64,000 nt of DNA from Octopus sinensis (GCF_006345805.1 NC_042998.1:191022001-191086000); one strand, 5' to 3'; positions 39,513 to 53,949 are shown, counted from the first letter of the stretch. A program made the numbers and translations. Notes: generated by a model from the sequence alone, not told the origin.

Positions 39513-40341
39513 CGCACACAATGGGTAGATATACATACATATACACACAAAAAAAGCTAACCCGCACAAATCGGGTATATTATGATGTCCCGTAATTCCT
39601 GTAGATCAACAGGTGCAGAAGTCCACAGTCGTAGGGCATGCGCAAAATTTCCATGGTGGAAGGCACAATCCAAGAAAATTAAGTAAATTATTCAATTATT
39701 CAAAAGTAGTAGAAGCTGCTTAACGCCAACCGGAACCCATATTATATTACTTGTAGATGCAGTATACCTAATGTCCTGTTCGTTAAATCATGAAGCTACT
39801 ATCGACTTAAGCACATGCAGAGGGAAAGGGACACATACACACTCAGGAAGGGAGAATAGAGGGCTTCCTGTTAGGTATACGTACAGGAGTATACTGGTAA
39901 AAAGTATCAGGGGATCGTGGCAATAACCCGATAACCGTGAGATACACGAGACCGAACCCCCTGTTAGAGGAGGGGGATCATTTGTCTATTATCGCACTTC
40001 ACTGTGGGTTAAATACTTTCTCGACCGGTAACGTCAGAACGTCTTACTCTTTCGGTGGGTGCAGCAAATTACTGTTTCGCTGCTTTTATTTTAAAAAATG
40101 TGTTTACTGTTGGCCAAAATAATTTCTAACCTACACATCCACAGTAATGTAGTGCGTGCCCCAGTCCTGAACAATACAAATCAAAACTAACCCTATTACC
40201 CTTTAACTCGTGGACATACTCACCTAGTGAGATAGAGTGTCTAAGTTTCAGCATTTTACTTAAATGCGTTAAAGTCCAATAAGGCTTTGAATATTACAAA
40301 TATTGTTGGCTCCTATTCTGCACACTAGTCTATCATATATA

Positions 40342-40408
<67 letters not shown>

Positions 40409-41975
40409 AATATATATATATATATGTATATATATACACCACACACACACGCACACGCACATAGACACACTAACATACACACGTATATAAAACAGTGTAT
40501 ACGGCTGTGTGAAATTATATATATATATTTAGCTTATATAGGTAGTTATATTAATGCAGAAATACACGGTATGAATCATCCGGGAATAGACTCGGGGAGC
40601 ATCTGAGTGTAAGTGTGTGTGTGTGTATGTGGGTGAAAGTATGTAGGTGGAAAGTGTTTGGCTTTGTAAGGCTTGCAAATATGAGGAGCATTGTTTCATG
40701 TCTTCCAAATAAATACAAAAATGAAGGGAAATATTAATATAATAACAGAAAGACGAGACGAAATAATACAATTTAGATAATTAAGATTAACCTAGATAAT
40801 TAAGAAACATTATTAGCGCAGTTAAGATTGATTGCTCTACGGTATATCTGATTAATCTTTACTGTTCTATTAAATATGACAAAAATACGTAAGTATTGAT
40901 TTCTAACTTTGGAAGAAAGCCATAGAATAAAAGGATAGTTGTGGTCGGCATCAACAGATTAGAGTATATTTCTGGTACTTATTTTATCTACCTTCAAAGA
41001 TAAAAATTACAGTTGACTTCTTTAAGAGTTGAACTCAATGCGTATTGTCAAAATGCGGCAAAGACAGTCTATCTGGCACTCTATTGATTCTGTTAATCAA
41101 ATCATCACTCAGTGACAAAATTTGTGAAGAAATATACAGATCATTAAACAATGTATTCAAAGACATGTTCAATGTAATGCAGTAGGAATGCAATAGTTTT
41201 AACAATTTTTATATATATCTGTTAAAATGGAAAGCTTCATAGACGATCTAATTTCGAGACTAATTCTCTCCCAGATATTTGTATATGTAGCAAAGAATTC
41301 ACCAGAGTTTGGTGAAGGTAATAAAAGAAGGAACTATATGATTAGCCAATGATTTTAATCGACGTAAGCAAACATCAGGTTAGATCATTTCATTCATCTA
41401 TCATCTCAGTATTTTTACCCATGAAATACATACACGTACAGACGGAATTCTTCCGTTATTATAATTGACTTTTCCCTACCTGTCTATATTGAAGAATCCG
41501 TCCGTTTTCACATGGAATGTAACGTCGATCAAATAAAGTTATGGTCTATCAAGAGAAAGAGCGTAGATTCTTTGTTGCTTCAATTTTATTGAATTCTGTT
41601 TTGGTTTTTCGAATTTTCTTTTGAGCGCAGAAGAAACATGCGTTTTTCGGCATTAATCTCCGTTCACAATTTTCGTAATAATCCCAAGGAAGATAGAGGA
41701 TTTTTTACTTAAAGTTTTTAATAAGATAAATGATGTGTATACTGAAGGCAAGTAATATGTTCGTGCCTTTATCAAAATAAATTTTAATTGGTTACTTATT
41801 GTCATTTACTTATATATTGCTTTTATGTGCTGTATTTATCTTCAGTTTATTTACTTCACTGTATACTTTCTGAAGCTTCTCACTGCTAGGAAGAGTGGCA
41901 GAAATTCAATTAACATAATATAAGGCAATACAACCTGTCAGTAATGAAACGTTTGAGACAAGTATGTTAATCGCT

Positions 41976-42040
41976 AATAAGTGAACAATTTATCTGAATC
42001 AGCAAAGATTTGATTGATTCAGGTGTAATGACAGATTATT
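41976..42040 (+). ncRNA. miRNA-precursor-like hairpin, copy 1
   Basis: Long imperfect stem (core ATCTGAATCAG/TTGATTCAGGT); 55/60 identity to copy 2 over 41963-42022, pairing retained. Confidence 0.45.
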
Positions 42041-43977
42041 TTACTTTTAACAACAAATATATCCCTTTGAGTCTGAATTCTTGGCAAAATATCTGCCAAA
42101 AGCGATATAATAAAATCGCTTTGAAATGTTCGTAGTAGATTTACAGAGACCAAAGGAACTGTTTCTTATTTGGTTTTTAAAGTGTAAGGCTGTCAAATAT
42201 ACAAGTATAAAAGTGAATGAAATTATGGACACCGATAATTATTGACTAAATTGTGGTTGTTTTGCTGTATCATAACCTTTTTGATAGTATATATATAAAT
42301 ATAAATATAAATATAAATATAAATATAAATATATATATTAAATTGTTATTATATGATTGAACGCACGCGTCTTCCTCCAAGTAAGTTTTATTTATATATA
42401 TGTATGTATAAATCAACTACAACCGTTAACCAAGTAATTTATGCCAGAACGTAAACGAATTAAAATGGATCCCTGGATTGTTGTATTTTTGTTGTTCAGA
42501 TTACTAACTGATCACTTCTCTTCAAGTTTTTATTATCATTTAAAATAAAACCAGGAAGGAGAAATTGACAGAGAACGAAGTTTGGTTGAATGAGAGAGAA
42601 TGAGAGAAAGAGAGAAAGAGATATACAGAGGGAATAAGAGAAAAAGAGAGATACAGCAGGAATAAGAGAGAAAGAAAGAAATTATTTAAGATATTGGTGG
42701 GTATATTGAAAGAGAAAGAGAAGACGGAAAGTAAAAGTGAAAAAGGTGAATGAGTTTGGTAGTTGAATGAAAGAGATTCGGGAGAAAACAATGGTGTTGA
42801 ATTGTAGAATGTATGCAAAAGACAAAATGGTAAAATGAAGGAGAAATAAAATAACCTGCACGCGTGCGAGCGTGGCGGTGCCTACACTTGTGTTCGTGTG
42901 TGCGTGTAGGTGCGTATACATGTATTTATGTTCATATGTATTTGTGACGGTATTAGTTGAAAAGTCAGACAGCTTTACGACAAGTGGGAGAGGTAGGTTG
43001 ATAAATATATAACTAATACAACGATGTATAAAATTGCAGAATGAGAGAACGAGGAAGAATGAGTGTGAGAAGATAAGAGAAAGAAAGAGAGAGACACAAA
43101 GAGGAAGGATCGAGATCAATCATTCATCAGTTACATTTTCATCTAAACCTCAAACCACTTAGTGTGTCACGAGTTTATCAGAAAATAGTAGCGTCTTTGT
43201 ATATTCCTACTATCTGCCACTTTCTCTCTTTCGCACTCTCTCTTCGTGACTCTGTCTTTCTTACTTTTTCCTTCTATTATAAGACGTTTCCTTTAGGTAA
43301 ATATTTATGTTATTGATTTTTCCAACTTAGCTTGCTTGAGCTTCAAATAATTTCGCATAATTGTTTAAATATCCACATGTTCATTTTTAAGATATCCTTT
43401 TATCCTTTCCCTTTTATCTGATCTCTATTTCTGTACGTGTAGGGCTTATTTTCTTTTTAATTTTCAAAAATTCCTTTTTCGCTTTAGATCTTCCGCTTTT
43501 CTTTCTTCACATTTTATCCTCCACAGAAATTGAATTTCTTGGTTTTCTGTAGATTACCAGGTCAGTCATAGCATAAATAAGTGATCGTACTTGTACAGTT
43601 TAGAGATATGGTTATCAACAAATAGAAGCAATGAACCAAAGTTATACACGACTTGGAACGCTTATGTGTATTTTCTCACTGTCTTTCAAACTACATCAGT
43701 CAGAAGGCCAGTAGCATTTAATTAAGCTTAAATCGTTTTACAGCTTTGTTTTCTTTTGCCCGCCTAGATAGATAGGTGACCTGTGATCGATAATTACTTT
43801 CACCAGCACATGGTTAGGCAATTAACTTTAATATTTTTGTACAAATTTGTTTTAAACCTGCTCGAGATTAAATTATAAAGTATTCATATAGAACAATCTA
43901 TAATTAACATGTGAATTATTGGGGGGCATGACATTAATGATTATATATATATATATATAATATATATATATATATGT

Positions 43978-44016
<39 letters not shown>

Positions 44017-44430
44017 ATATATAATATATATATGTATGTATGTATGTATTGCATTTGTATTGGTAAAACAATAAAGCAGATCTTTGAGTTTGCATGAGAC
44101 AACTGTTTTCTTTAATTGCGCCATATAATGAATAGAAAAAATAGTGACATATTTTTGTTTTCATATATTCTAAGCTTATGTTTTGTATTTTATCTGTGTA
44201 TCGCCTTGAAAATTTGAAATTTTCATAATCTCATCGGACACTAATATGATGAATATAATGTTTAAATTAGTAAATAAAAATTTTAAAGTAATTTATTTGA
44301 GTTAAATAAAGAATGATAATACTCTCTGATTGCTATATTACTTACACGTGATATAATGTGTGGAAGTAGGCGTACGTATATGAGTTAGTTTAGGTGCTCG
44401 ATCATGTCACTACATGCACACTGCACTTAC

Positions 44431-44457
44431 ATGCCATAATACAGAGTAGGTAAATAG
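44431..44457 (-). CDS. Candidate 27-nt frame-preserving microexon
   Basis: CTCTTTTT...CATTTGACAG acceptor, CAT|GTAAGT donor, all three frames open. Confidence 0.25.
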
Positions 44458-44919
44458 CTGTCAAATGGTGGAACACAGTATAGTGTTATAAAAAGAGATA
44501 TGCGAAAATGTCTAAAAGAAACTCTAATGTTTTTATTACTATCAGTAAATGACAAGAAAGTAAACATAATTATGACAAGTTATATTACATCTAGGCTCGA
44601 GATTAGAGCACAGGTTGACAGATTGACCTCTGACAACACATTAGGAAACAAAATTGCGGAGTGTCTTTTCCAGCGAAAGCAATTAAACTTGGCTCTCTAT
44701 TAAAATAGATATTGTTTAGATATTTGTTATCCTATTAAATATAGAATGTACTGTGTTTATCTCTATTTGTTTGTGTTCTGCACTTGTCGAAGCGACTTAG
44801 CAATGAAGGCAGCTTTCAGTGTAGAACTTTTGCTAATATTAGCATAATACACGGCGACCTATTCAACTTTATCACGCCAGTGACGTGTCTGAGATGGTTT
44901 CATTAGTTATGTTAATCAC

Positions 44920-44984
44920 TTATAAGTGAGCAATTTATCTGAATCTGCAAAGATTTGATTGATCCAGATAAATGACATTATATA
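44920..44984 (+). ncRNA. miRNA-precursor-like hairpin, copy 2
   Basis: ATTTATCTGAATC/GATCCAGATAAAT stem; paralog of 41976-42040. Confidence 0.45.
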
Positions 44985-46284
44985 ATTATGCTAATATACA
45001 TTTTGTTTCTGAAATATTGGCAAAGTACCTAACAATATGATATAATATACAGCAATGCTGCTAGACTGGTTTCTGGAGACAATTTTCAGTAAATATACCG
45101 ACATAGTATCTATCACTTGTGAAAATAAGTTAGGAAAAAGCATGTATTAAAACAGATCAAACACCGCTGATCAAATTCCGCTGTCTCGGACAAGGTAAAA
45201 TATATTAAATGATGTTGGCCTAGAAATAGCCATAACCCAACAAAGACTAGAATGCTGTTGTTCGAATACATTAAGTGATAGGTTTGTCCAAATCAAGTTT
45301 GACCTGAAAATAAACAATAACCATAACTACAACAATATGAAACACGCGTTTCTCACAACTAGAAAGTACATGCAGTGATTCTTCTATGAAATAGTGAAAG
45401 ACACTGTAATTGTTCGCTCGACCAATTTGAAACAACAACCAAATCTCCGTCAAACAACACGCCACTGTATTGCTATGAGAAGATGAACATGAAATACTGT
45501 TGTCCTTAATTTCCTTTAAAAGATAGATGGAATAGATTCGAGCATATGTCTACTTGATCATATCAGATTACAAGCTAAACAACCACGATGACAACAACAA
45601 AGGAAGACTATTTATAATTTCATTTTTAATCACGTAACACTATCAAATATATTCATAATTATAGACTGAAGGATACTGATGGCTTTTCTGCGCTACAATA
45701 TTTTTAACAGTGTATATGTTTACACATAATATATAAGCAAGACAATAAGAGAAGTAAGACCGATCTGTGAATTATTAAATTTTCATAATATAATTCTGAT
45801 TCATAATGATAAGAGACAGTTATTCTTCCTCTTCATATATTATTAACTTCTAGCATTTCTTTCGGTATTCATTGCAATGCTATAATACATTATGATACAT
45901 TACAGAAATATAGATGTATGATTCATTATAGAAATTACACATTCAAATCAACATCAAGTGAAATTATTGTCAACAATTGTAAAAATTAAATATAAAGCTA
46001 AGAAAAAATATTTTCATAATCACATAACTTGAGACAAACATTAGGATGCGGATGCAGAACAATGGTTTGGAAAAATGGATTATCTTTTCAACACGTGTGG
46101 CACTTGCGAGATATGACATAAACCTTCATGAAAAAGAAAGTCATTACAATAAGCTAATAGAGCTCAACAACTGTCTTATAAGTCATGCCTAATTAGTATT
46201 GCCTGCTGTTAATCACACGTGCAAGGGTTACCGAGTAAAATCGATTGATATGTATTTTTGACTACTTGATAGATCCTTAGCCAC

Positions 46285-46475
46285 TACACACATTTTTTCT
46301 CTCCTCGTTTCTCTCCTTGTTTTTTCTGTGTCCCTTTCTGTAGGAGAGCGTAGGCTCGAAACGTAAAATACTTTTTCTATTCCTGAGCGTTATACTAATA
46401 CATCTGTTTGTTTTGTATACCACCTGTCTTCGCCTTTTATTTTTTTTCGTAAACACTCCCTATATATATATATAT
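46285..46475 (+). mobile_element. Penelope-like terminal-repeat remnant with a variant hammerhead motif
   Basis: TTT-CTGTAGG-A-GAGC-GTAG-GCTC-GAAA-CGTA-AAA at 46335-46368. Confidence 0.55.
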
Positions 46476-46485
46476 TTATATATAT

Positions 46486-46563
<78 letters not shown>

Positions 46564-49134
46564 CATATGCATTCATCGAACCAAACCAGTGATTTCTTGA
46601 CTGTCCTTATTGCAACTATCGCATCGGGATTCCAGCATTAGACATTCTAACGAAGAGAATGGATATACGAATGTAATGATAGACAGATGAGCTGAAAGGG
46701 TTGTTCGGGATTTTTTGATCAGTGAGCATAAATTCCTCAATTTATAAAAAATGTTTAGAAGATTCGCCGTAGGTAAGAGCGTACTGTAATTCAATAATAT
46801 CTCCAGCATTGTCTGCAATTTATGTCACTAATATAGATAAATTGAAATGCAAAGTCCGTTCTCGAATGATTTCTGACTAAGACACGTGTCATTGATTTAT
46901 CAGTGGTCATTAGTACAACAATGTATCACAGAAGAAAGTAGCTTTAATTTGTTCTTTATGTCCGAATTTAATGCTTCCTTTCCACATAAAAATGACTTCA
47001 CCTATAAAGAGTTCCGTGTAGTCAATTTTCATTGCTATTGTAAACTAATTATGTGAACTGAGTGCTAACACAGAAGACATTCACTCAAATGTTTAAACAC
47101 TCACTATATTTTAAAACATTTAGATATTAACTAGTAAAGTAGTGTCGTGTTATCAAAGAAGACATTACTTTGAAGTAGACAACACATTTTTATGTGTTCT
47201 CTAAATTAAATTTTCAGATATCGGATCGGAAATCTCTTGTTCGCCAGTCGAAATATGCTTCCGTTGTTTATGAGAATGTAGAAGAAAAAAAGTAAGAAAG
47301 AAGATAAAACGAAAAAAATTAAATAAATAAAACAAATAACATTTACAAAAACCATCAATATAAAAGGCAAATTTAGCACAATAACATCGCAATAAGATAT
47401 TTAGTACAAACACGCCTAGACTGGCAATGTTTCATTTAGTTTCATTATAACAATGATAATTATAAAAAATGATGGACTGGTAATAATTAAGAAAATGATA
47501 GGCTATAATAATAATTATGAAAAATCAAGAATATAGGAACATTTATGGCTACAAAAAGGATCATAAAGAGGACGCGTAGTTCGTGACTTTCGCAAATGTA
47601 TGACAAACCGAATGCACTGCATTTAGATTGTTTTGCAGAACTTTTGCGTAACCTTTAAAAGAACCTCATAGATGGCATTGATAATAAAAGTACGATAATG
47701 GAGACATCGAGAAAGCAAAGTTAAGAAAAGGTCTGTAAGGACATAAAAATAATCTATATAAAATGTATCAGTCAGTCGACTAAAATAAATAGAAAGATGA
47801 GATATATTAAATACACGTAGTTTCCAAAACGTAAAGTAGGAAAAGAATATAATGAATATATGTGTCTAAACGTCTATGCTCCAAGTTCTAAGCTGCAGTT
47901 TTGTACTTGTAAACTGCTTAAATTTCGCGTAGGGAAGCATCTTTTCAAGGTCATTGAATATGTGAAGTTTTTTCTAATACTTTATTTAAGCCCAGGCGAA
48001 ACCAGATTTATCTGCTGGTTTATTATCTATAGAGAGAAATTCATTTTAAACGTTTATTAGACACACACATACGCGCAGAAAAAAAGCAAACAAAAACTAT
48101 GCGTTACTTGAACTATAGATGTATTGAAAACTAAAGATATTGAAAATGAAAATGAATGATGTTAAAAGGGTTTTTGCATTAAACATATATTTCACATTTC
48201 GCTTATCCTCTGTTTCTAACACATTTTATACAGGCAGTTGTTTTGTTTTCATCTATTTCAGCCTAAATCCAGCAGCAAGATTCCATTGATGTAATCTCTC
48301 AAGAACTATATTACTTAACATGTCTTTCCTTCTTCGAAGAGATAGCGTGTGATTTAAAGCAAATTTGTTTACTATTCCCCTTGCTGCATTAGAGATTCCT
48401 TCGCTTTTGTGGTGATTTTTTCCCGGGGTCAGTTTCTCATTAACTAATGATCAAAGACGTTCCAATCTTTCCCACACCATCTTTACATATTTGTTTTCGG
48501 AGAGTGCTTCTAGACACTGGGTTTCCCTATTCAATGTCATCTTAAAACATTTTAGACAGTAAAATGATACAAGGCTGGTGTGTTTGCTCTGTCTAAAAGT
48601 TCTCTGGCCTGTCGTTTGGATTATATTTGCAGTTGTTATATACTGGTCATTATGTTACCTAGTTGAGAGTCAGAATATTCTGGCTACTTTACTAGTGAAT
48701 TTATAAGATCAAATTTCATCTGGCTGCTCTAATGACCTTCTTACAGTTGTAAACAATATCTCGTGCCGAGACTGTTCTATCAGTAGGCTTTCACTTCACA
48801 GATACTCAGATCAAACGACTTAAAATACAAATAGGAAACGAAAAAAAAAGAAGCTCCTCAAAGCTAAAACAAATAAACTAATAACAAAGAACATAAAATA
48901 CAAAGAAGATTATGGTTTTGTGAATCTCTCTTTGTCACGCACTTTATTTTACTATTTCTTCAAAGAATTCTTAGAAACGAAATAATTATACAAAAGAAAA
49001 GGCAGGGAAAAATAATCAAAGTTGAAATAAAGAATTCATCAAATTTCTATCTATTAATAATCACTATGTCTCTAGAAAAGAAACAAAATTATGAAAATTA
49101 ACTTTTCTAAGAGTCAAGCAGGAGTACCCTAAAG

Positions 49135-49320
49135 CAGTCGGTCAGTTTGCAAGAAATAGCAGCCAATAACTTTGAAATAAGCCCATCTTAAACATAAAAA
49201 ACAGAAATGACGTATTCGAAAATGTAATTATAGTGACACTGTTTGAAACAAAGCATGCGATAGTCACTACTTGAGCTTCGTTAATCAAGGCTGACCTGAG
49301 GCTAAACAACCAACAAAAAT
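49135..49320 (+). mobile_element. Old repeat family D fragment (related pieces near 15180, 16590, 45220 and 57455)
   Basis: Shared (CT)AGAAATAGCAGCCAA and GGCTAAACAAC motifs. Confidence 0.45.
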
Positions 49321-49978
49321 ATGTACAATTATTAGATCCGTCATGGTTTGTTGAACCTCACTAATCCTCTTAATACAGCGAACAATAATTTCCAGTACAA
49401 ACAGTTCACATAAGTGTAAGTTTGCCGTTAGGAAGATAAGAGTCCTCATTCTGAAGGCAAACTAATATATTATCACTGCGTATATTTAATATTTTCTAGC
49501 ATCGTTAATTTTATCAGATCTTATTGTTTAACCTCTTTATTTCTGCTATGAAAACTAGGAAATGTGACAGGAAAACTTGGAAAATAAACAGAATGATATT
49601 TTGGGGGAAAAACTGGGAAATTAATACACTTATTCGTGTTCATGCATTTATGTCCGTATTGTATATGCATGCATGTGCATAAACGAATATGTAAATATAT
49701 GCATGTGTGCACGAGTGTGTATCTGTATGACAATACATCTAGTAAACACATGCTCACTCTGTGGCACATACATATATATCTACATCAACAGTAATTTCAT
49801 ATACGTGTGTATAGGCATATATACATATATATCTATGTAAATATGTGTATATATAGATATATATGTCTATATGTAATATAACGTAACAAAATATATTAAA
49901 GTATATTATATGATATATTATATAAATATATGTATATACATACATACATATATATATATATATACATATATATATCCA

Positions 49979-50036
<58 letters not shown>

Positions 50037-50066
50037 GACATATATATATATACATACATACATATG

Positions 50067-50108
<42 letters not shown>

Positions 50109-50608
50109 TGTACATGTCTTTCCGTAGTTATGTATATATATGTAAGGTAGAGTGTTTACGTAGTTTTGTCTTATTCGAATGTACGTATGAAGATATAAAG
50201 AACAACAAATAAATAGACTCCAATACACGAGAAGTGAAAAATAACTTACCGCATACTTTTAAGTTTTGATCAGTTCAAGGAATTAAAAGCAGATAATTAG
50301 CCAAAAACTATCAGTAAAAGTTTCTAAAATTGTCTTAAACCTATTTCTAAACACCCGTTAGTCATTAACTTCTCAATTTCATCAATTTGCTTCATGGATT
50401 TTTGACATCAAAAGATATTAGTTGATTCAAGTTGTGTTTCATCATAATGAAGTCTATACACGTTCAATACACGGCAAAAACAACCGGAATCACAGTTGAA
50501 GCAGACTGAAGATTGATTGACTTTTCAAAGATTTGATCATATAGGAAGAACAACAACATAACTGTAAACGATCAAAAAGTCCACATTATCAATAATAAAG
50601 AAGCTTAC

Positions 50609-50731
50609 ATTCAGAGTTCTTTCTTCTACTCTCTTACGCTGACTTTTTAACTTTGGATAGTTTGGTGTTAGTTCTTCATTATCGCGATGTAAGAAGATCT
50701 CTTTCAAATTCACATTTTCATTAACTGACAT
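50609..50731 (-). CDS. Weak candidate first exon, MSVNENVNLKEIFLHRDNEELTPNYPKLKSQRKRVEERTLN, phase 0
   Basis: 41 codons from ATG to an AAT|GTAAGC donor; A-rich leader; no recognisable motif. Confidence 0.25.
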
Positions 50732-51511
50732 AGAAATTTTTGAAATGCTTTATTGTTTTTGTTTTTGTATTTTGATTTCTTTTTTTCTTTGTTTCCCCAG
50801 TTAAATTCAATCTGTTTACTTCAGTTTTATTGCTTCTTTGTGATATTGTATTTATATAAAATATTTAATCTTCCCGGGCATTTTCCAGAGGAAACCAATA
50901 ATTAGAAAGCGGAAAATTGTAAAGTTTTATGTGCCAAAAGCGAAAATGAAAATACGTGTACATCTGTAAATCTTTCAAAGAACATAAATGTATCTGAGTA
51001 AATAATCTACAATTACGTTGCTCTTAGAGAAAAGTGCATATCAACATGCTCCATAAAATATTCTAGGTTTTGAGTTGGATAATTCAATATCTGTTGGCAG
51101 ATTTTGTTATATATCTATATTATCATTATATGTCAACTATAAAAGCTACCGTAGATGCTGCCAACAAACTAAATTGGAAAATATCGGATGAGAAATGGTA
51201 ATCAAGTTATTATTGTCTGTTCTTTGCAAATATCAATATATAAATTGATCAAAAGTAGTTGCTTGCTTGACTTTTCGTGTGTATTTTTACCCTCCCTCCT
51301 CTCCGCAGGTCTCTAAATATTGGTAAATCTTTTAGCACCACCGGTAAATAATTACCGACTTTTACAAACTGTTGAAGCTAAGTTTGCTTTGACAACTTTA
51401 ACCAAATCTAGATGTCTAATTATGGTTATAATTCAGCTTACGTACACGGTGCTTTGTGATATCCCTATACGTTTAGAGAGATAGAGGGAGAGATAGATAG
51501 ATAGATCGATA

Positions 51512-51576
<65 letters not shown>

Positions 51577-51759
51577 GAATCCTTTTGTAAAAAATAGATT
51601 GTGTGCGTTGGCTGTAATGTAGGATATTATAGAAATAAATATGATATTGATTTGATAGCAATGATCTCAAACGTGTGCATCACCTTACAGAGCCCCACGG
51701 CTGGGTGGGGATTTGGTCTCTACTGTACCACGCTCGTGCACTTCATGTTAATACCGATT

Positions 51760-51987
51760 TCTTTATTACCCACAAGGGGCTAAACACAGAGAGGACAAAC
51801 AAGGACAGACATAGGTATTAAGTCGATTACATCGACCCCGGTGCGTAACTGGTACTTATTTAATCGACCCCGAAAGGATGAAAGGCAAAGTCGACCTCGG
51901 CGGAATTTGAACTCAGAACGTAACGGCAGACGAAATACGGCTACGCATTTCGCCCGGCGTGCTAACGATTCTGCCAGCTCGCCACCT
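51760..51987 (-). mobile_element. Young full-length SINE B
   Basis: Perfect 14-bp TSD TGTTAATACCGATT at 51746-51759 and 51988-52001. Confidence 0.93.
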
Positions 51988-52982
51988 TGTTAATACCGAT
52001 TGGCAGTTGATTAAATTAGCCCCCAGGTCTTGATTGGTATTTTAATTTATCGACTACGGAAGGACGAAGGATAAACTTGACCTCGGTGGGATTTCAAGTT
52101 AGAATGTAAAGTGTTAGAACAAATAACGGAAGGCATATTGTCTGATGCTGTAACGCCTCTGCTAATCCACCGCCTTTTAACCTGCATGGCACTCTCTAAT
52201 AGCAATTCTAATATTTCAGTGATGTGGATCGATCTATGTTCAATAGTTTAGTAGGTGCAATAATCAACTGGAGTTAAGCTTTTCTAAGTTAACGGGGTGA
52301 AATAAATATTTCTAATGATTATGAACATACAAATTATTACATTTTCCGATTCTTCAGTAATACCCATTTTCTTCTTCACCGTTCTTTAACGCTAATGGAT
52401 AACCAGTTTTTGTTATTATCGGTAACAGCTGCCTAAATTATCTCACAGGAAATAATCTGCTAACAATCAAAATATACACAATAACGCATTGAGTCCAAAC
52501 CTCAACTAGCTTTCCTAATAGATTTCCGAAAAGATTGCATTCTTTAAGTGCATAATTCATATGATATATGGATTCATATTTCAGAGAAGAATACACAATA
52601 TTTGTGTTTATTTAGAATCAAAGTTTGCTACGTGGTAATATTAGCTGTTAATAATCTGTTAACTATTCCAGAGTGACTATTGAAATAGCTATTAACTCCT
52701 CAAAACTAATCTATTCTTTAACAATAGCTGAAGAGACAAAACAACTGATTAGATTATACATTGGTTTACCAGCAGATAGATTTTGCATCCATTTGCTACG
52801 TAGCCCCTTAACAGTGAATTTAGTGAATCCGCATCTACGTCTCGCAACTTATCACTGTCTGGTAAAAACTCACCATCTCGTTCGAATCTTAAATTTAATT
52901 GATGATGATATATCTACAAACAATCACTTATTTAACGCGTCGGAGTGCAGTTCTGTTGCTTAGCATTATCAGTGTAAATGTA

Positions 52983-53312
52983 TGTACTACTGTGGAAGCA
53001 CTCCGTCGGTTACGACGACGAGGGTTCCGGTTGATCCGAATCAACGGAACAGCCTGCTCGTGAAATTAACGTGTAAGTGGCTGAGCACTCCACAGACACG
53101 TGTACCGTTAACGTAGTTCTCGGGGATATTCAGCGAGACACAGAGAGTGACAAGGCCGGCCCTTTGAAATACAGGTACAACAGAAACAGGAAGTAAGAGT
53201 GAGAAAAAGTTGTGGTGAAAGAGTACAGCAGGGATCACCACCATCCCCTGCCGGAGCCTTGTGGAGCTTTTAGGTGTTTTCGCTCAATAAACACTCACAA
53301 CGCCCGGTCTGG
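52983..53312 (-). mobile_element. GC-rich SINE-like element (family F), 5' truncated
   Basis: Minus strand begins CCAGACCGGGCGTTGTGAGTG...TTGAGCGAAAACAC (SINE head-like) and ends CGTAACCGACGGAGTGCTTCC. Confidence 0.5.
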
Positions 53313-53408
53313 TGTACTACTAAAGAGAAACACACGACAATCTTTGAAACAATTTGCTACCAATATATTTCTATTATTCTGTTAACTGTATTAGTTAGAT
53401 TATAGATA

Positions 53409-53803
53409 TACTCTTTTTTTACTCTTTTAATTGTTTCAGTCATTTTGACTGCGGCCATGCTGGAGCACCGCCTTTAGTCGAACAAATCGACCCCGGGACT
53501 TATTCTTTGTAAGCCCAGTACTTATTCTATCGGTCTCTTTTGCCGAACTGCTAAGAGACGGGGACGTAAACACACCAGCATCGGTTGTCAAGCAATGCTA
53601 GGGGGACAAACACAGACACACAAACACACACACACACATATATATATATATACATATATACGACAGGCTTCTTTCAGTTTCCGTCTACCAAATCCACTCA
53701 CAAGGCATTGGTCGGCCCGGGGCTATAGCAGAAGACACTTGCCCAAGATGCCAACCATGTGGTTGGTTAGCAAGCTACCTACCACACAGCCACTCCTGCG
53801 CCT
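53409..53803 (-). mobile_element. SINE family A with a small deletion in the tRNA-like head
   Basis: High identity to 32437-32870. Confidence 0.9.
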
Positions 53804-53949
53804 ATTATATAATTAATATCTTTGGAGTCTTGGATAGTTATGAATCTAATAAAATTTCAATGAACATGTTTTTAATAGTTGACCTAAAAGGCACTCGAAG
53901 AAAGAATTCGATAGATGATAATAACAAAAATGGACTCTCCCGTCGAAGA

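Noticed and set aside
42047-42232. ORF MSIISFTFILVYL... as a secreted peptide paralogous to 45.0 kb
   Set aside because: The homologous copy has stops and indels in every frame; conservation is better explained by the RNA hairpin
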